Source: Candidatus Cloacimonadota bacterium
GTDB taxonomy: Bacteria; Cloacimonadota; Cloacimonadia; JGIOTU-2
Assembly (NCBI GenBank): GCA_018334695.1
Contig: JAGXLO010000002.1
Location: 2,242 to 66,241 of the forward strand
DNA: 64,000 bases
Direction of reading: 5' to 3'
The notes below the pieces were generated by a model. That model ran no database searches and was not told the DNA's origin. It saw nothing but the letters and a program-made list of their open reading frames with translations. Below, one piece after another: positions 1 through 10,032 of this stretch; positions within the stretch are counted from its first letter, which is position 1, and the number at the start of each line of letters is the position of its first letter. Made by a program: the position numbers and the translations under genes.

Positions 1-16
1 ATGAAAGGAGAATAAA

Positions 17-922
17 ATGAGTATTATTGTAATTCTGGCAATTTTAGTAATTCTATATTTCCAGGCAAAAAATCTATTTGGTGACAAAGCTAAATTAGCC
101 CGCATGGGTATTATATTACTTCTGATCATTGGTTTACTTTCTCAAACAATTAAAGTCGTTCCTCCCGGTAGAGTTAAAGTTCAAGATCTATTTGGTGAAG
201 TAAAAGAACGTGTTCTCTATAGTGGACTAAATTTTGTGAATCCACTTGTAAATTTACATGAAATGAGTATTAGAACTCAAGAATACACTATGAGTTCAAA
301 AACCTACGAGGGCTCTATAAGTGGTGATGACGCCATTAAAGGATTAAGCTCGGATGGTATTCTATTGCCTATGGATATAACATGCCTTTTCCATCTGATC
401 CCGGATAAAGCTCCGGAGGTGTTTAGTAAAGTGGGATTGGATTATGAAACAAAAGTCATTCGACCTGTTCTAAAGACATCTATAAGAGAAGTTGTTAGTA
501 ATTATCCCATGGAAGAAATATATTCATCAAAAAGAGATTCTATAGCTATGGCTATGAAAATACGTTCTGTAGAAAAGTTAAAAAATCGTGGTGTCTTTAT
601 TGAAGATTTACTATTAAGAGACGTAAATCTGCCAAAAGAAGTTGAACGGGCAATTAATGACAAAAAAACGGAACAACAAAGATTACAAAAAATGGTTTAT
701 ACTTTGCAAAAAGAGAAAAAAGAAAAAGAAAGAAAAATCATAGAAGCTCAAGGTATAAAAGAAAAGAATCGAACAATTGCCGAAGGACTAACTGACCAAT
801 ACCTTCAATGGTATAAAATTGATATGATGAAAAAGTTGATCGATAGCCCCAACAATACTGTAATCTTTATACCAATGGGTGAAGAGATATCACCAATCAT
901 TGATGCAGGAGTAGGAAACTAA
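17..922 (+). CDS. SPFH/band-7 (stomatin/prohibitin-like) membrane protein
   Basis: N-terminal transmembrane segment followed by a region resembling the SPFH fold (KVVPPGRVKVQDLFGEV..., coiled-coil K/E-rich tail). RBS-like AGGAG at 6-10. Confidence 0.6.
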   Translation: MSIIVILAILVILYFQAKNLFGDKAKLARMGIILLLIIGLLSQTIKVVPPGRVKVQDLFGEVKERVLYSGLNFVNPLVNLHEMSIRTQEYTMSSKTYEGSISGDDAIKGLSSDGILLPMDITCLFHLIPDKAPEVFSKVGLDYETKVIRPVLKTSIREVVSNYPMEEIYSSKRDSIAMAMKIRSVEKLKNRGVFIEDLLLRDVNLPKEVERAINDKKTEQQRLQKMVYTLQKEKKEKERKIIEAQGIKEKNRTIAEGLTDQYLQWYKIDMMKKLIDSPNNTVIFIPMGEEISPIIDAGVGN

Positions 923-1016
923 GTCTCAAAATTTGTAAATCTATATATTGATGGCAAAATATTCTCTTTCTAAAAATTGAAAATTTGTTAATAAATTGTA
1001 AGAGTAAGGAGGTTTT

Positions 1017-2168
1017 ATGCTCTGTAATAAAAAAGTGGTTTTGCTACTAGTTTTTCTACTGGTAGCATTTCCTGCTTACATCTTAGCTAGCGAATATGTT
1101 GGTATATTTACCATGATTAATCCATCGGCTGCAAATGTTGCTATGGGACGAAATTCGGGCACAGCAAACATATGGAATAAAAATCCTTTAAATGTATGGA
1201 GTAATCCCGCCAAGCTAGGATATTTTGAAAAATTTTCCTGGGCCTGGACTCATCAGGAATGGTTTTTTGATTCAATGTATTTTGATTCATCATATCTTAC
1301 CTATGGCAGAAAAGGCGTGGGAGTAATGGTTCCTTTTATAAATAATTTTAGTAAATTTGGTACTTCTTTTGATTATGGGGAAATTTATGTGAGCAATGAC
1401 TACGGTCAGGTTGTGGATACTTTACACCAATATGATGTAAATAGTAAATTTGCGCTTGGAATTAATTGCTTTGATGTAATATATAATTATATTGCTCCCA
1501 CAAAAAATCGACCTTTGCTGTTTAAATCCATTAAACTTTCTTTAGGTTATAGTTTGAATTATATTGAAAGCCATTGTCCCAATGTTGCTATCTCAAATCC
1601 TGAAAGTTTGACATATCCCGACAAAAAATTTACTCATGATATAGGCACAATTATTCATATTGATCCGGTTAAAATGCCATTTGAAGGATTTGATGCAGAA
1701 TTAAGCCTAGCCTGGAATTTCATAAACGTAAATAGAGGAAAATTAAAATGGTCTGAAGAAGATGAATGGTATTTACCCTATGGTTATAGGAATGCTGTAG
1801 CAGCTAAGCTATATTTTATAAAATTAAATAAAGACAAAACGCCTGAAATTTTCAATAACTATTCAGATTATTTAATATCCCTTTATGCAACTCACGATAA
1901 CGTTCATTATGGAGATGATCCTACTATCTGGAGTGATGGACTGGAAGTCTCCTTGCTGAATTTCTTCTTTATGAGATGGGGAGAATATCATGACCATAAG
2001 GGTCATGTTGTAGGCGATTCAAGAGGATTTGGTTTTAACCTCTACTTTGATCCGGTAAAAATCCAATTTAATTTTGCACAATACCCCGGGGGAGAATTGG
2101 TTGCAGAAATAGAAAAATATGATATTGCTATAAATCTTGATATAATGGAGTTTGCACAGAATTTTTAA
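1017..2168 (+). CDS. secreted hypothetical protein, probable outer-membrane beta-barrel (C-terminal ...NF)
   Basis: Signal peptide (MLCNKKVVLLLVFLLVAFPAYILA). Aromatic/Gly/Asn-rich alternating pattern. C-terminal Phe. GGAGG RBS at 1005-1009. Confidence 0.45.
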   Translation: MLCNKKVVLLLVFLLVAFPAYILASEYVGIFTMINPSAANVAMGRNSGTANIWNKNPLNVWSNPAKLGYFEKFSWAWTHQEWFFDSMYFDSSYLTYGRKGVGVMVPFINNFSKFGTSFDYGEIYVSNDYGQVVDTLHQYDVNSKFALGINCFDVIYNYIAPTKNRPLLFKSIKLSLGYSLNYIESHCPNVAISNPESLTYPDKKFTHDIGTIIHIDPVKMPFEGFDAELSLAWNFINVNRGKLKWSEEDEWYLPYGYRNAVAAKLYFIKLNKDKTPEIFNNYSDYLISLYATHDNVHYGDDPTIWSDGLEVSLLNFFFMRWGEYHDHKGHVVGDSRGFGFNLYFDPVKIQFNFAQYPGGELVAEIEKYDIAINLDIMEFAQNF

Positions 2169-2187
2169 TTAAATCAAAAAAAGGAAT

Positions 2188-3420
2188 ATGATGGGAAAAA
2201 CAATAATTGAAAAAATATTACAAAATCACAGCGAACAGAAAGTGGAACCAGGTAAGATTGTTTGGATCGATATAGATATTCGTACTGCTCGTGATTTTGG
2301 CGGACCTAATGTGGTTAAAAATTTGGAGAAATACTATCCTGATACAGAAATTCCAGATAAAAGCAATGCATTTTTTACTTTTGATACGGTTGTTCCGGCA
2401 AAAACTATACCATATGCAAACAGCCAGCAAATATGTAGAGACTTCGCAAAGAAGCATGGTCTAAAAGTATATGATGTGAATGCGGGTATTGGAACTCATA
2501 TTCTCATGGAAAAAGGCTTTGCCCTTCCTGGAAAAACTCTGGTTGGAACCGATAGTCACTTTAATATTCTAGGAGCAGTAGGTGCTTTTGGACAGGGCAT
2601 GGGAGATCAGGACATTGCTTTTGCTTTTATAACCGGTAGAAATTGGTTTGAAGTTCCGGAAACAATAAAAATAAACCTTAAAGGTACATTTTCCTATCCA
2701 ACCACCGGCAAAGACCTTGTTCTGTATATTCTTAGAAAAATCGGCAGTAAAGGTGTTCTGGGTAAAAGTGTTGAATATTACGGAGAATGCCTTAAAGACT
2801 TTAGTTTTTCTGAAGTGGTTACACTTAGTAGCATGACCACGGAGATGGGAGGCATTATTGCCTATCCACATCCTAATGAAAACGTAAAGGATTGGCTAAA
2901 AGAACATACAGGTGAAACTCCCGAATTCATTTATGCTGATGAAGATGCAAAATATCTGGATGAGATGGAAATCGATGTTAGTAATTTAAAGCCACAGATT
3001 GCTGCTCCTCCCAAACCTGATAATGTTTTCGATGTAGAAAAACTAAAAGGACAAAAAGTTGATTCGGTTTTCGTAGGTTCATGTACAAACGGCAGAATTG
3101 AAGATATGCGCCTAGTTGCTGATATTATAAAAGGAAAAAAGATAGCAGATGACGTTATGCTAAGAGTTGTGCCCACAACCTCAGAAGTATATGGACAGAT
3201 GCTTTCCGAAGGTTTGATAAAAGTACTATATAATGCCGGCGCAGTTGTATCCAACCCCGGCTGCGGTGGTTGCGCTAATGGACAGATTGGTATGACCGGT
3301 AAGGGAGAAGTGCAGATTTCAACAGGAAATCGTAATTTTACAGGTAAACAGGGTTACGGAGACACCTACCTCGCTAGTCCGGTAACAGCGGCTAGAGCAG
3401 CGCTCAAAGGAAGTTTATGA
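2188..3420 (+). CDS. leuC: aconitase-family hydro-lyase large subunit (3-isopropylmalate/homoaconitate dehydratase LeuC-like, archaeal-type ~410 aa)
   Basis: Aconitase-family motifs GTDSHFNILGAVGAFGQGMG, GSCTNGRIEDM and NPGCGGCANGQ (Fe-S ligand cysteines). Length fits short archaeal-type LeuC/HacA. Confidence 0.65.
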   Translation: MMGKTIIEKILQNHSEQKVEPGKIVWIDIDIRTARDFGGPNVVKNLEKYYPDTEIPDKSNAFFTFDTVVPAKTIPYANSQQICRDFAKKHGLKVYDVNAGIGTHILMEKGFALPGKTLVGTDSHFNILGAVGAFGQGMGDQDIAFAFITGRNWFEVPETIKINLKGTFSYPTTGKDLVLYILRKIGSKGVLGKSVEYYGECLKDFSFSEVVTLSSMTTEMGGIIAYPHPNENVKDWLKEHTGETPEFIYADEDAKYLDEMEIDVSNLKPQIAAPPKPDNVFDVEKLKGQKVDSVFVGSCTNGRIEDMRLVADIIKGKKIADDVMLRVVPTTSEVYGQMLSEGLIKVLYNAGAVVSNPGCGGCANGQIGMTGKGEVQISTGNRNFTGKQGYGDTYLASPVTAARAALKGSL

Positions 3421-3421
3421 A

Positions 3422-5011
3422 ATGATTAAAAAGTTACTGCTCATACTGATATCGACTATCATGCTGATTTCTTGTTCGGGAGAAAAATCCCCGAAAATTG
3501 AGAAACAAAATTTCATTACAATAAAAGGAAATATAAAAAAAGGCTCTTCTCTGTATGCCAGTTTGATAGAAAATAATGTAAAACCTCCTGATGCTTTTCA
3601 TGCAACTAAAGCCTTAAATGACGTCTATAATCTTTATTATGCACAACCTAATGACAGTTTTATCATCACTTTGGATTCACTGAATAATGTTCATTCTCTC
3701 AAGTTTTATCATGATGAAAAAAATAAGTATTTAGTAGAAAAAGATTCTCTTGATACCTTTTTTGCCCACAGAATTCTTCCTAAAGCAAACAAATTCTCAG
3801 AAGATAAGAAACAAAAAGGTTTTTTTGCCAAATTAATATCTGATATCTTTGGCGGTTCAGAAGTTTATGACTCCAGCAATTATCGTCATTCTCTGGACAG
3901 ATTTGATATTGTAAAAGGTAAGATAAGGTCCGGATCTTCTCTATATTCATTTTTGCTAGAATCGAATATTGATTATAAAGATGCTTACAAAATTACGAAT
4001 TCTCTCAATCGGCAGTTCAATTTACACCTGGTACAACCCAATGATAGCCTGAATGTCTATCTGGATTCTCTTAAGCAGGTTCAAATTCTGGAATACTTTC
4101 CCAATAACTTTCAAACGTATATTGTACAAAGGGACACCACAGGCAATTTTGTAACAGAAAAATCTGAATTAACTCTAAAGAAAGGGATAGAGACTTTTTC
4201 CACAACTATAAAATCTTCTTTATGGGAATCATTTTTTTATAATGGATTGGAACCCCGTTTAATAATGGATTATACTGATATTTTTCAGTGGGATATTGAT
4301 TTTTTTATTGATACAAGACCCGGAGACTCATGTAGAATAATCTATGAAGTTTTTAAGAACAATGGTGATGTTATAAAAACCGGCAAAATTCTTGCAGCTT
4401 CCTACAAAGGAAAAAATTTTGATCTAACTGCTTATCATTTTAATACAAGTGCAAGAGATTTTGGATACTACCATGCTGATGGTGAAACTTTTCAGAAGGC
4501 ATTTCTAAAATCCCCTCTTAATTTTTCCTATATTAGTTCTTATTATGGAATGCGTTTACATCCGATTACAAAAAGATATTGGTTACACAATGGGGTGGAT
4601 TATGCAGCAAAAAGAGGAACTCCCATCATGGCGTCCGCCTCCGGAACGATAATTTATATCGGCTGGAAAGGTGGACATCCCACGCCCAAGGGACAGGTTG
4701 GTGGTTATGGTAAAACAGTAATGATAAGACATCCCAATGGTTATAAAACTCTGTATGGACACCTTAGCTGGTATAAACGTGGGATATACGTTGGTAAAAA
4801 AGTTGAACAAAAGGAGATCATTGGCTATGTAGGTTCTACCGGTTGGTCCACCGGACCACATCTTCATTATACGATTTATCAACACGACCGCCCCATAAAT
4901 CCCTTTAAGCTGAATAATGTTTCTGGACCTCCGGTACCAGAAAATAAAATGAAAGAGTTCAAAAAAGTTGTAATAAAAATGGATACTTTATTTAAAAGCA
5001 GATTTAATTAA
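3422..5011 (+). CDS. M23 family metallopeptidase lipoprotein (LytM domain)
   Basis: Lipobox LISCSG. C-terminal LytM/M23 signature: HNGVDYAAKRGTPIMA...GYGKTVMIRHPNGYKTLYGHLS...GSTGWSTGPHLHYTIY (HxxxD ... HxH). Confidence 0.75.
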   Translation: MIKKLLLILISTIMLISCSGEKSPKIEKQNFITIKGNIKKGSSLYASLIENNVKPPDAFHATKALNDVYNLYYAQPNDSFIITLDSLNNVHSLKFYHDEKNKYLVEKDSLDTFFAHRILPKANKFSEDKKQKGFFAKLISDIFGGSEVYDSSNYRHSLDRFDIVKGKIRSGSSLYSFLLESNIDYKDAYKITNSLNRQFNLHLVQPNDSLNVYLDSLKQVQILEYFPNNFQTYIVQRDTTGNFVTEKSELTLKKGIETFSTTIKSSLWESFFYNGLEPRLIMDYTDIFQWDIDFFIDTRPGDSCRIIYEVFKNNGDVIKTGKILAASYKGKNFDLTAYHFNTSARDFGYYHADGETFQKAFLKSPLNFSYISSYYGMRLHPITKRYWLHNGVDYAAKRGTPIMASASGTIIYIGWKGGHPTPKGQVGGYGKTVMIRHPNGYKTLYGHLSWYKRGIYVGKKVEQKEIIGYVGSTGWSTGPHLHYTIYQHDRPINPFKLNNVSGPPVPENKMKEFKKVVIKMDTLFKSRFN

Positions 5012-5026
5012 TCAATTATAAAAAAA

Positions 5027-5581
5027 TTGACATGGTTCAATGAAATTCATGAGGATAGCAATATGCAAAAAGATGTAATTTTAAATGGCAGAATTTGGTT
5101 AATCACTAATGACAAAGGCGAATTGATAAATGATATTGATACGGATATGATCTTTCATAATCAATATCTCACCATAACAGATCTCGACGAGATGGGTCAA
5201 TATACCTTTGATAATTTAGAGGGGTGGAAAGATTTTGCAGATAAGGCACTAAAGGATGATATAATTGTAGTTGGTGACAATTTTGGTGCTGGTTCTTCTC
5301 GACAACAAGCTGTTGATTGTTTCAAATCACTTGCAGTTCAAGCAATTATTGCAAAATCTTTTGGGGCAATTTACAAAAGGAATGCTATAAATTCCGGTTT
5401 ACCAATTCTGGTTCTTGATTCAATAGATTTAAATAATATCGAAAATAGAGAAATGGTTGAATTTGACCTGGAAAACGGCGAGACTGATCATAATGCTATA
5501 AATATAGAGCCCTTTTCCAAAGTCCAAATGGATATATATCAGGCTGGTAATTTATTTGCTTATGGCAAAAATATAAAATAA
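5027..5581 (+). CDS. leuD: aconitase-family small subunit (LeuD-like)
   Basis: LeuD-type swivel-domain motifs: GRIWLITNDKGELINDIDTDMI, VVGDNFGAGSSRQQAV. The true start is possibly the internal Met at about 5063. Confidence 0.6.
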   Translation: MTWFNEIHEDSNMQKDVILNGRIWLITNDKGELINDIDTDMIFHNQYLTITDLDEMGQYTFDNLEGWKDFADKALKDDIIVVGDNFGAGSSRQQAVDCFKSLAVQAIIAKSFGAIYKRNAINSGLPILVLDSIDLNNIENREMVEFDLENGETDHNAINIEPFSKVQMDIYQAGNLFAYGKNIK

Positions 5582-5635
5582 ACTAGCTAAATCTTAATAA
5601 ATTATTCTGAAAAATATGTAAGAAAGGAGTTACTG

Positions 5636-8437
5636 GTGAATAAATTGTATAAAATTCTGTTCTTCTTGGTTATAGTTTCTCTTTGTTTTAACCTCTCTTT
5701 ATCAGCCGCGCCAAAAATTGTTCCGAATGATGAACCTATAAGAGATCTCAAGATAAGTGATTTTCCTCATGATGATGGTGGCGGTTTAGTTATTACCTGG
5801 GAACCTTTACCAAAAGAGAAAAGAATACTGGAATACAGAGTATTTCGGGGTTTTACTCCAGATTCATTGTTTAGAATTGGAAAAATACCTGTAAATCCCA
5901 AAACAGGTGTTGTAGCAGATACTATGAAATATACTAATGCTGGATATACTTTCTTTGTAGATGCAACATCTCCCGCAAAATTGAAACATGAACCTGGACA
6001 AAGAAAGGGGTCTAATGCTGAAAAAATTCTTTATAGAGAATACCCACGTGATATAAAAGTTTATGCCCCCATGTTGGAACACTACCGAATACTTACTGTC
6101 ATACCTGCTGATAAATACCTTTATAATTCAAGAATGAAAGTGAAAACTCAGATAGATACTCTCGAGGATGGAACTGTAGATACTACATCCAGCACATATG
6201 CCGGTTTAAAGTTACGTCAATTCAAATACATATTAACTAAATTAAAACCAGGTAAAGAGTACTATTATGCTGTGCAAGCTGTAAATAAATACAGAGACAG
6301 ATCACCTCTTTCCAAGATTGTATCCGCCACTCCAGTTGATAATCCACCGGAAAAACTAAAAGAATTTTATTCCGTGGCTTATACTGATACAAAAGAAATG
6401 AAATTTGAATGGTCGCTGCCGTTCTTCAAAACAGATCAAAAACAGTTTAACATCTATTTATATGATGCCAACGGTGAAAAGCATAAGATATTTAGTAGAG
6501 CTACTGCATATCCCTATACTTCTCAGTCAAATGCTACAGTTAGTTTTGAAGAAATTAAAAATAAATTTGAACCCTTTAATTCCCAAAATATGCAATGGTA
6601 TAGGTTTAATATTTCCCTAAAGGATAGACAGGATATGGAAACTCTTGCTAAAGATGAACCAATTCCTGCCGAGATTACTACAACTGAGGTGTTGCCCGAA
6701 CCGCCAGAACATTTTACAGTAAGAGATAATCCTGATGATAAGGGAGATAAAAATTTAATTTATTTTGGTAAACCCTACGTGACCATTCCTAAAATTTCCT
6801 ATAATGATGATTTTACAGAATTATTGGTAAATTATGATATAAAAGATAATGAATTGTTCAAAGTTAAACATGCCATCTTTGAAGTTGATGGTGTATCAGA
6901 AAAAGAATATGTACTAGATAGAAAAGTAGAGTTTGATGTGGATCCTGATAATCTTCCTAATGAAATAAAAACTAGATTTATCTGTTATGATCATGGTTTA
7001 GAATTGCCGGAAGATTATGAGGTTATTCATAGATTTAGTTACAACGAAAGGCTTCAAGTTGTAGATATCGAGCCACCTAAAGGTGCAAATTATTCTGTAC
7101 AAGTTTTGAGAATGAACAAGACCGGTGGTGGTCCGCAGGCTAATGTATGGCGTTTTCCCAAAGAACTAACATATGTAGAGCGTGAATATCCTGATAAAGT
7201 TGATTATGAAGAAGTTGTCTATAGAGGCATTAGTGATTATTCTATAGAAGATAATATCCTTTATACTAGCACATATTATCTTGTGGGTACTTCAGAGGAA
7301 GAAAGAGCATACTATACAACAGCTCTTTATCTAAAACAACTAGAAAAAAATAGAAAAGAATTAAAAAAACAGATACAGTCCCTTAAAGATAAAAAATCTC
7401 AAGCTGAAGATGAAGAGCAAAAAACTGCACTTGATCAACAAATAATGGAGCTTACTAGTAAGTTAGAAGATGTGCCTCCCGTAGTAAAAGAAGCAAATGC
7501 GAAAAAATCCAATAAAGCGCGCATGAAGTTGTTACAGAAAAAGCATAATAATGATGTCCGCTCCTTTAGATATTTTTTACGTAAAACAGATGGTAAAGGG
7601 CATTTTATAGATACGCCAATTTATACCAATGCAGACGGGCAAGAATATTTTAAACCCAAACCTAATTGGTTTAAAAACAAGGAAACAATTACGCTTATAG
7701 CTATGCTTATCTTTGGTGTTCTTGTTTTCTTTATGATAAGAGCTGCCCGAAAAGGTAAGAATCTTTATATTAGACCAATTGCAGGTATTCAGGAAATCGA
7801 CAATGCTATTGGTAGGGCTACGGAAATGGGTAGACCAATATTATTTGTACCCGGTACAAGTGGTATTAGTGATGTTGCTACCCTGGCTGGACTTGCCATT
7901 TTGGGTAAAGTCGCTAAGAAAGCTGCTGAGTTTGAAACCAGAATTCTCGTTCCTGTAAGAAACTATATTGTACTTCCAATTGCTCAGGAAATTGTAAAAG
8001 AAGCTCACTATGAAGCCGGTCGACCTGATACGTTTGATAAAAACAGTGTTTTTTATATAACTAATGCCCAATTTGCTTTTGTTTCTGGTGTAAATGGAAT
8101 CATGGTAAGAGAGCAAACAGCTACGAACTTCTATATGGGAATGTTCTGGGCTGAATCATTGTTAATGACAGAAACTGGTAACATGACCGGAGCTATCCAG
8201 ATAGCAGGTACTGATGCGATTACTCAGTTGCCTTTCTTTATCACTACTTGCGACTATACTTTGATCGGTGAAGAATTATATGCAGCAAGTGCTTATCTTT
8301 CCAAACAACCCATGATTCTTGGTACTCTAAAAGCTCAGGATTATATGAAATTCCTTATCGTTGTTTCAGTTGTTCTAGGTACAATTTTATCAACTTTAAA
8401 ACTTACATTTTTCATGAAATGGTTCCCTGCTAAATAA
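5636..8437 (+). CDS. large membrane-anchored protein with signal peptide, Fn3-like repeats, coiled coil and a C-terminal membrane-associated domain
   Basis: GTG start with AAAGGAG RBS. Signal peptide. Fn3-like signatures (LKPGKEYYYAVQAVNKYRDRSPLS). K/E/Q coiled coil. TM helix at about aa 690. Conserved-looking ~230-aa C-terminal domain ending in a hydrophobic segment. Confidence 0.5.
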   Translation: MNKLYKILFFLVIVSLCFNLSLSAAPKIVPNDEPIRDLKISDFPHDDGGGLVITWEPLPKEKRILEYRVFRGFTPDSLFRIGKIPVNPKTGVVADTMKYTNAGYTFFVDATSPAKLKHEPGQRKGSNAEKILYREYPRDIKVYAPMLEHYRILTVIPADKYLYNSRMKVKTQIDTLEDGTVDTTSSTYAGLKLRQFKYILTKLKPGKEYYYAVQAVNKYRDRSPLSKIVSATPVDNPPEKLKEFYSVAYTDTKEMKFEWSLPFFKTDQKQFNIYLYDANGEKHKIFSRATAYPYTSQSNATVSFEEIKNKFEPFNSQNMQWYRFNISLKDRQDMETLAKDEPIPAEITTTEVLPEPPEHFTVRDNPDDKGDKNLIYFGKPYVTIPKISYNDDFTELLVNYDIKDNELFKVKHAIFEVDGVSEKEYVLDRKVEFDVDPDNLPNEIKTRFICYDHGLELPEDYEVIHRFSYNERLQVVDIEPPKGANYSVQVLRMNKTGGGPQANVWRFPKELTYVEREYPDKVDYEEVVYRGISDYSIEDNILYTSTYYLVGTSEEERAYYTTALYLKQLEKNRKELKKQIQSLKDKKSQAEDEEQKTALDQQIMELTSKLEDVPPVVKEANAKKSNKARMKLLQKKHNNDVRSFRYFLRKTDGKGHFIDTPIYTNADGQEYFKPKPNWFKNKETITLIAMLIFGVLVFFMIRAARKGKNLYIRPIAGIQEIDNAIGRATEMGRPILFVPGTSGISDVATLAGLAILGKVAKKAAEFETRILVPVRNYIVLPIAQEIVKEAHYEAGRPDTFDKNSVFYITNAQFAFVSGVNGIMVREQTATNFYMGMFWAESLLMTETGNMTGAIQIAGTDAITQLPFFITTCDYTLIGEELYAASAYLSKQPMILGTLKAQDYMKFLIVVSVVLGTILSTLKLTFFMKWFPAK

Positions 8438-8453
8438 ATAAAGGAGATAATTT

Positions 8454-9080
8454 ATGAAGAGAACTATACCACTATTAATTGTAATGATCTTAGGAATGAT
8501 GTTCGTTGTTCATACTTTTGTTCCCCATAAAATTTCTCAAGACTTCTACAATTGGTACCAAACATGGCTAAAAGTCATGGTATCATTCGCTGTTATACTT
8601 GGTGTTGGCAGTTTGCTCATGGTTCATACTAATAAAATTAAACGTAAAGCACCTGCCTGGGGATATAGTTGGCTTACAATACTTGCTCTGGTAGGTACAA
8701 GTGCTGCTGGTTTTATCTGGGGTATAGAAGATGGCACCCCTTATATGTGGATATTTGAGAATGTTAATGCACCTCTAGGTGCAACCATGTTCTCGCTATT
8801 AGCATTTTACATGGCTTCAGCAGCGTATAAAGCTTTCCGGGCTCGTTCTATGGAAGCAACTTTGCTTCTTATTGCAGCAATAATTGTTATGCTGGGTCGA
8901 GTTTCTATAGGAAATGCAATTACTGAATGGATACCGGATATCACTCAATGGATACTAAATGTTCCTAATCTGGCAGCAAAGAGGGCTATTAAACTTGGTG
9001 TTGGACTTGGTATGACCGCCACATCCCTAAAAATTATTTTAGGAATTGAAAGAACTTATTTGGGCGGAGGTAAACAATGA
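8454..9080 (+). CDS. polytopic membrane protein (unknown function)
   Basis: About 5-6 predicted TM helices. Tightly linked to the flanking genes. Its stop overlaps the next start (ATGA). Confidence 0.45.
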   Translation: MKRTIPLLIVMILGMMFVVHTFVPHKISQDFYNWYQTWLKVMVSFAVILGVGSLLMVHTNKIKRKAPAWGYSWLTILALVGTSAAGFIWGIEDGTPYMWIFENVNAPLGATMFSLLAFYMASAAYKAFRARSMEATLLLIAAIIVMLGRVSIGNAITEWIPDITQWILNVPNLAAKRAIKLGVGLGMTATSLKIILGIERTYLGGGKQ

Positions 9081-10021
9081 ACTTTTCCGATTATATTCAA
9101 AAAATCGATAGAAGATACATATTTATCATACTGGCAATTGCAGTAATACTCCCTCTACTATTTCCTCTGGGATTACCTACCTTTACAACCCCACCTGTTT
9201 TAAGTCTGTACAAACATATTGATGAGGCTGCAGGCACAGACGACAGAGCGGTTTTTATGGATTTTGCTCAAAGTCCCTCTACCCTTCCGGAACTCTATCC
9301 CATGGACCTGGCAATTTTGCGCCATTGCTTCTTAAGAGATATTAAGGTTCTTACTATATCTTATTATCCTCAGGGAGCTGCAATTATGCAGATGGCAATT
9401 TCAGAAGTTAAAGAAGATTTTCCCGACGTAAAACAGGATGTTGATTATTGTAACTTTGGTTTTAGAAACTTTGCGCTCAGAGTTCCAATTACTCTCGGTA
9501 TGGGAGATAATATAGCCGAAGCTGTGGAAACTAATGCTGCCGGTAGAAGATTGGAAAATCTGCCCATAATGGAGAAATTAAAAAACTATGATAATATTCA
9601 GGTCTGTATGGAAATATCGGGCGCTGCTCCTGGTATTATTTATATCAACTATGCCCGTGCCAGATATGGTGTGGACGTTGCTATCGGAGTTACAGCTGTA
9701 TCAGCAGCAGATAATTATCCCTATCTTCAGACAGGGCAACTTGTCGGATTGCTGGGCGGCTTAAAAGGTGCTGCAGAATATGAAGAGTTGGTAGAGACTT
9801 TTGCTAATAATGATATTCCATATTCAGAGAAAAAAGCACAAAATCTTTCCTGGAGAAATCAACAGTATGAATTATCAAAAGTACCATACAAATTTAAACA
9901 AGCTAGAATTGGTATGGATGCTCAGGCTGTAGCTCACGTTCTTATAATTATATTCATCATAATCGGTAATATTGGCTACTTTATCGAAAAGCGCCAAGAT
10001 AAAAATAAGTATGTTAAATAA
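9077..10021 (+). CDS. hypothetical protein with N- and C-terminal TM anchors
   Basis: ORF with start overlapping the upstream stop. Hydrophobic N-terminus (IFIILAIAVILPLLF) and C-terminal TM (VLIIIFIIIGNIGYFI). No motif recognised. Confidence 0.4.
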   Translation: MNFSDYIQKIDRRYIFIILAIAVILPLLFPLGLPTFTTPPVLSLYKHIDEAAGTDDRAVFMDFAQSPSTLPELYPMDLAILRHCFLRDIKVLTISYYPQGAAIMQMAISEVKEDFPDVKQDVDYCNFGFRNFALRVPITLGMGDNIAEAVETNAAGRRLENLPIMEKLKNYDNIQVCMEISGAAPGIIYINYARARYGVDVAIGVTAVSAADNYPYLQTGQLVGLLGGLKGAAEYEELVETFANNDIPYSEKKAQNLSWRNQQYELSKVPYKFKQARIGMDAQAVAHVLIIIFIIIGNIGYFIEKRQDKNKYVK

Positions 10022-10032
10022 GGAGTTATAAT

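Noticed and set aside
2218-3254. Three minus-strand ORFs (79, 100, 107 aa) inside the leuC-like gene
   Set aside because: They are entirely embedded antisense to a well-supported aconitase-family CDS. They have no RBS or motifs. Typical AT-rich antisense open frames.
5636-8437. Calling the 933-aa protein a sensor kinase or secretion-system component
   Set aside because: No HATPase/HisKA, GGDEF, or secretion ATPase motifs are visible. Only Fn3-like and coiled-coil features, so it is left as unknown.
8454-10021. ApbE flavinylation motif in the neighbouring membrane proteins
   Set aside because: GTSAAG (208-aa protein) and TAVSAA (314-aa protein) do not match the D-x-x-[ST]-G-A-[TS] consensus well enough to claim flavinylation.
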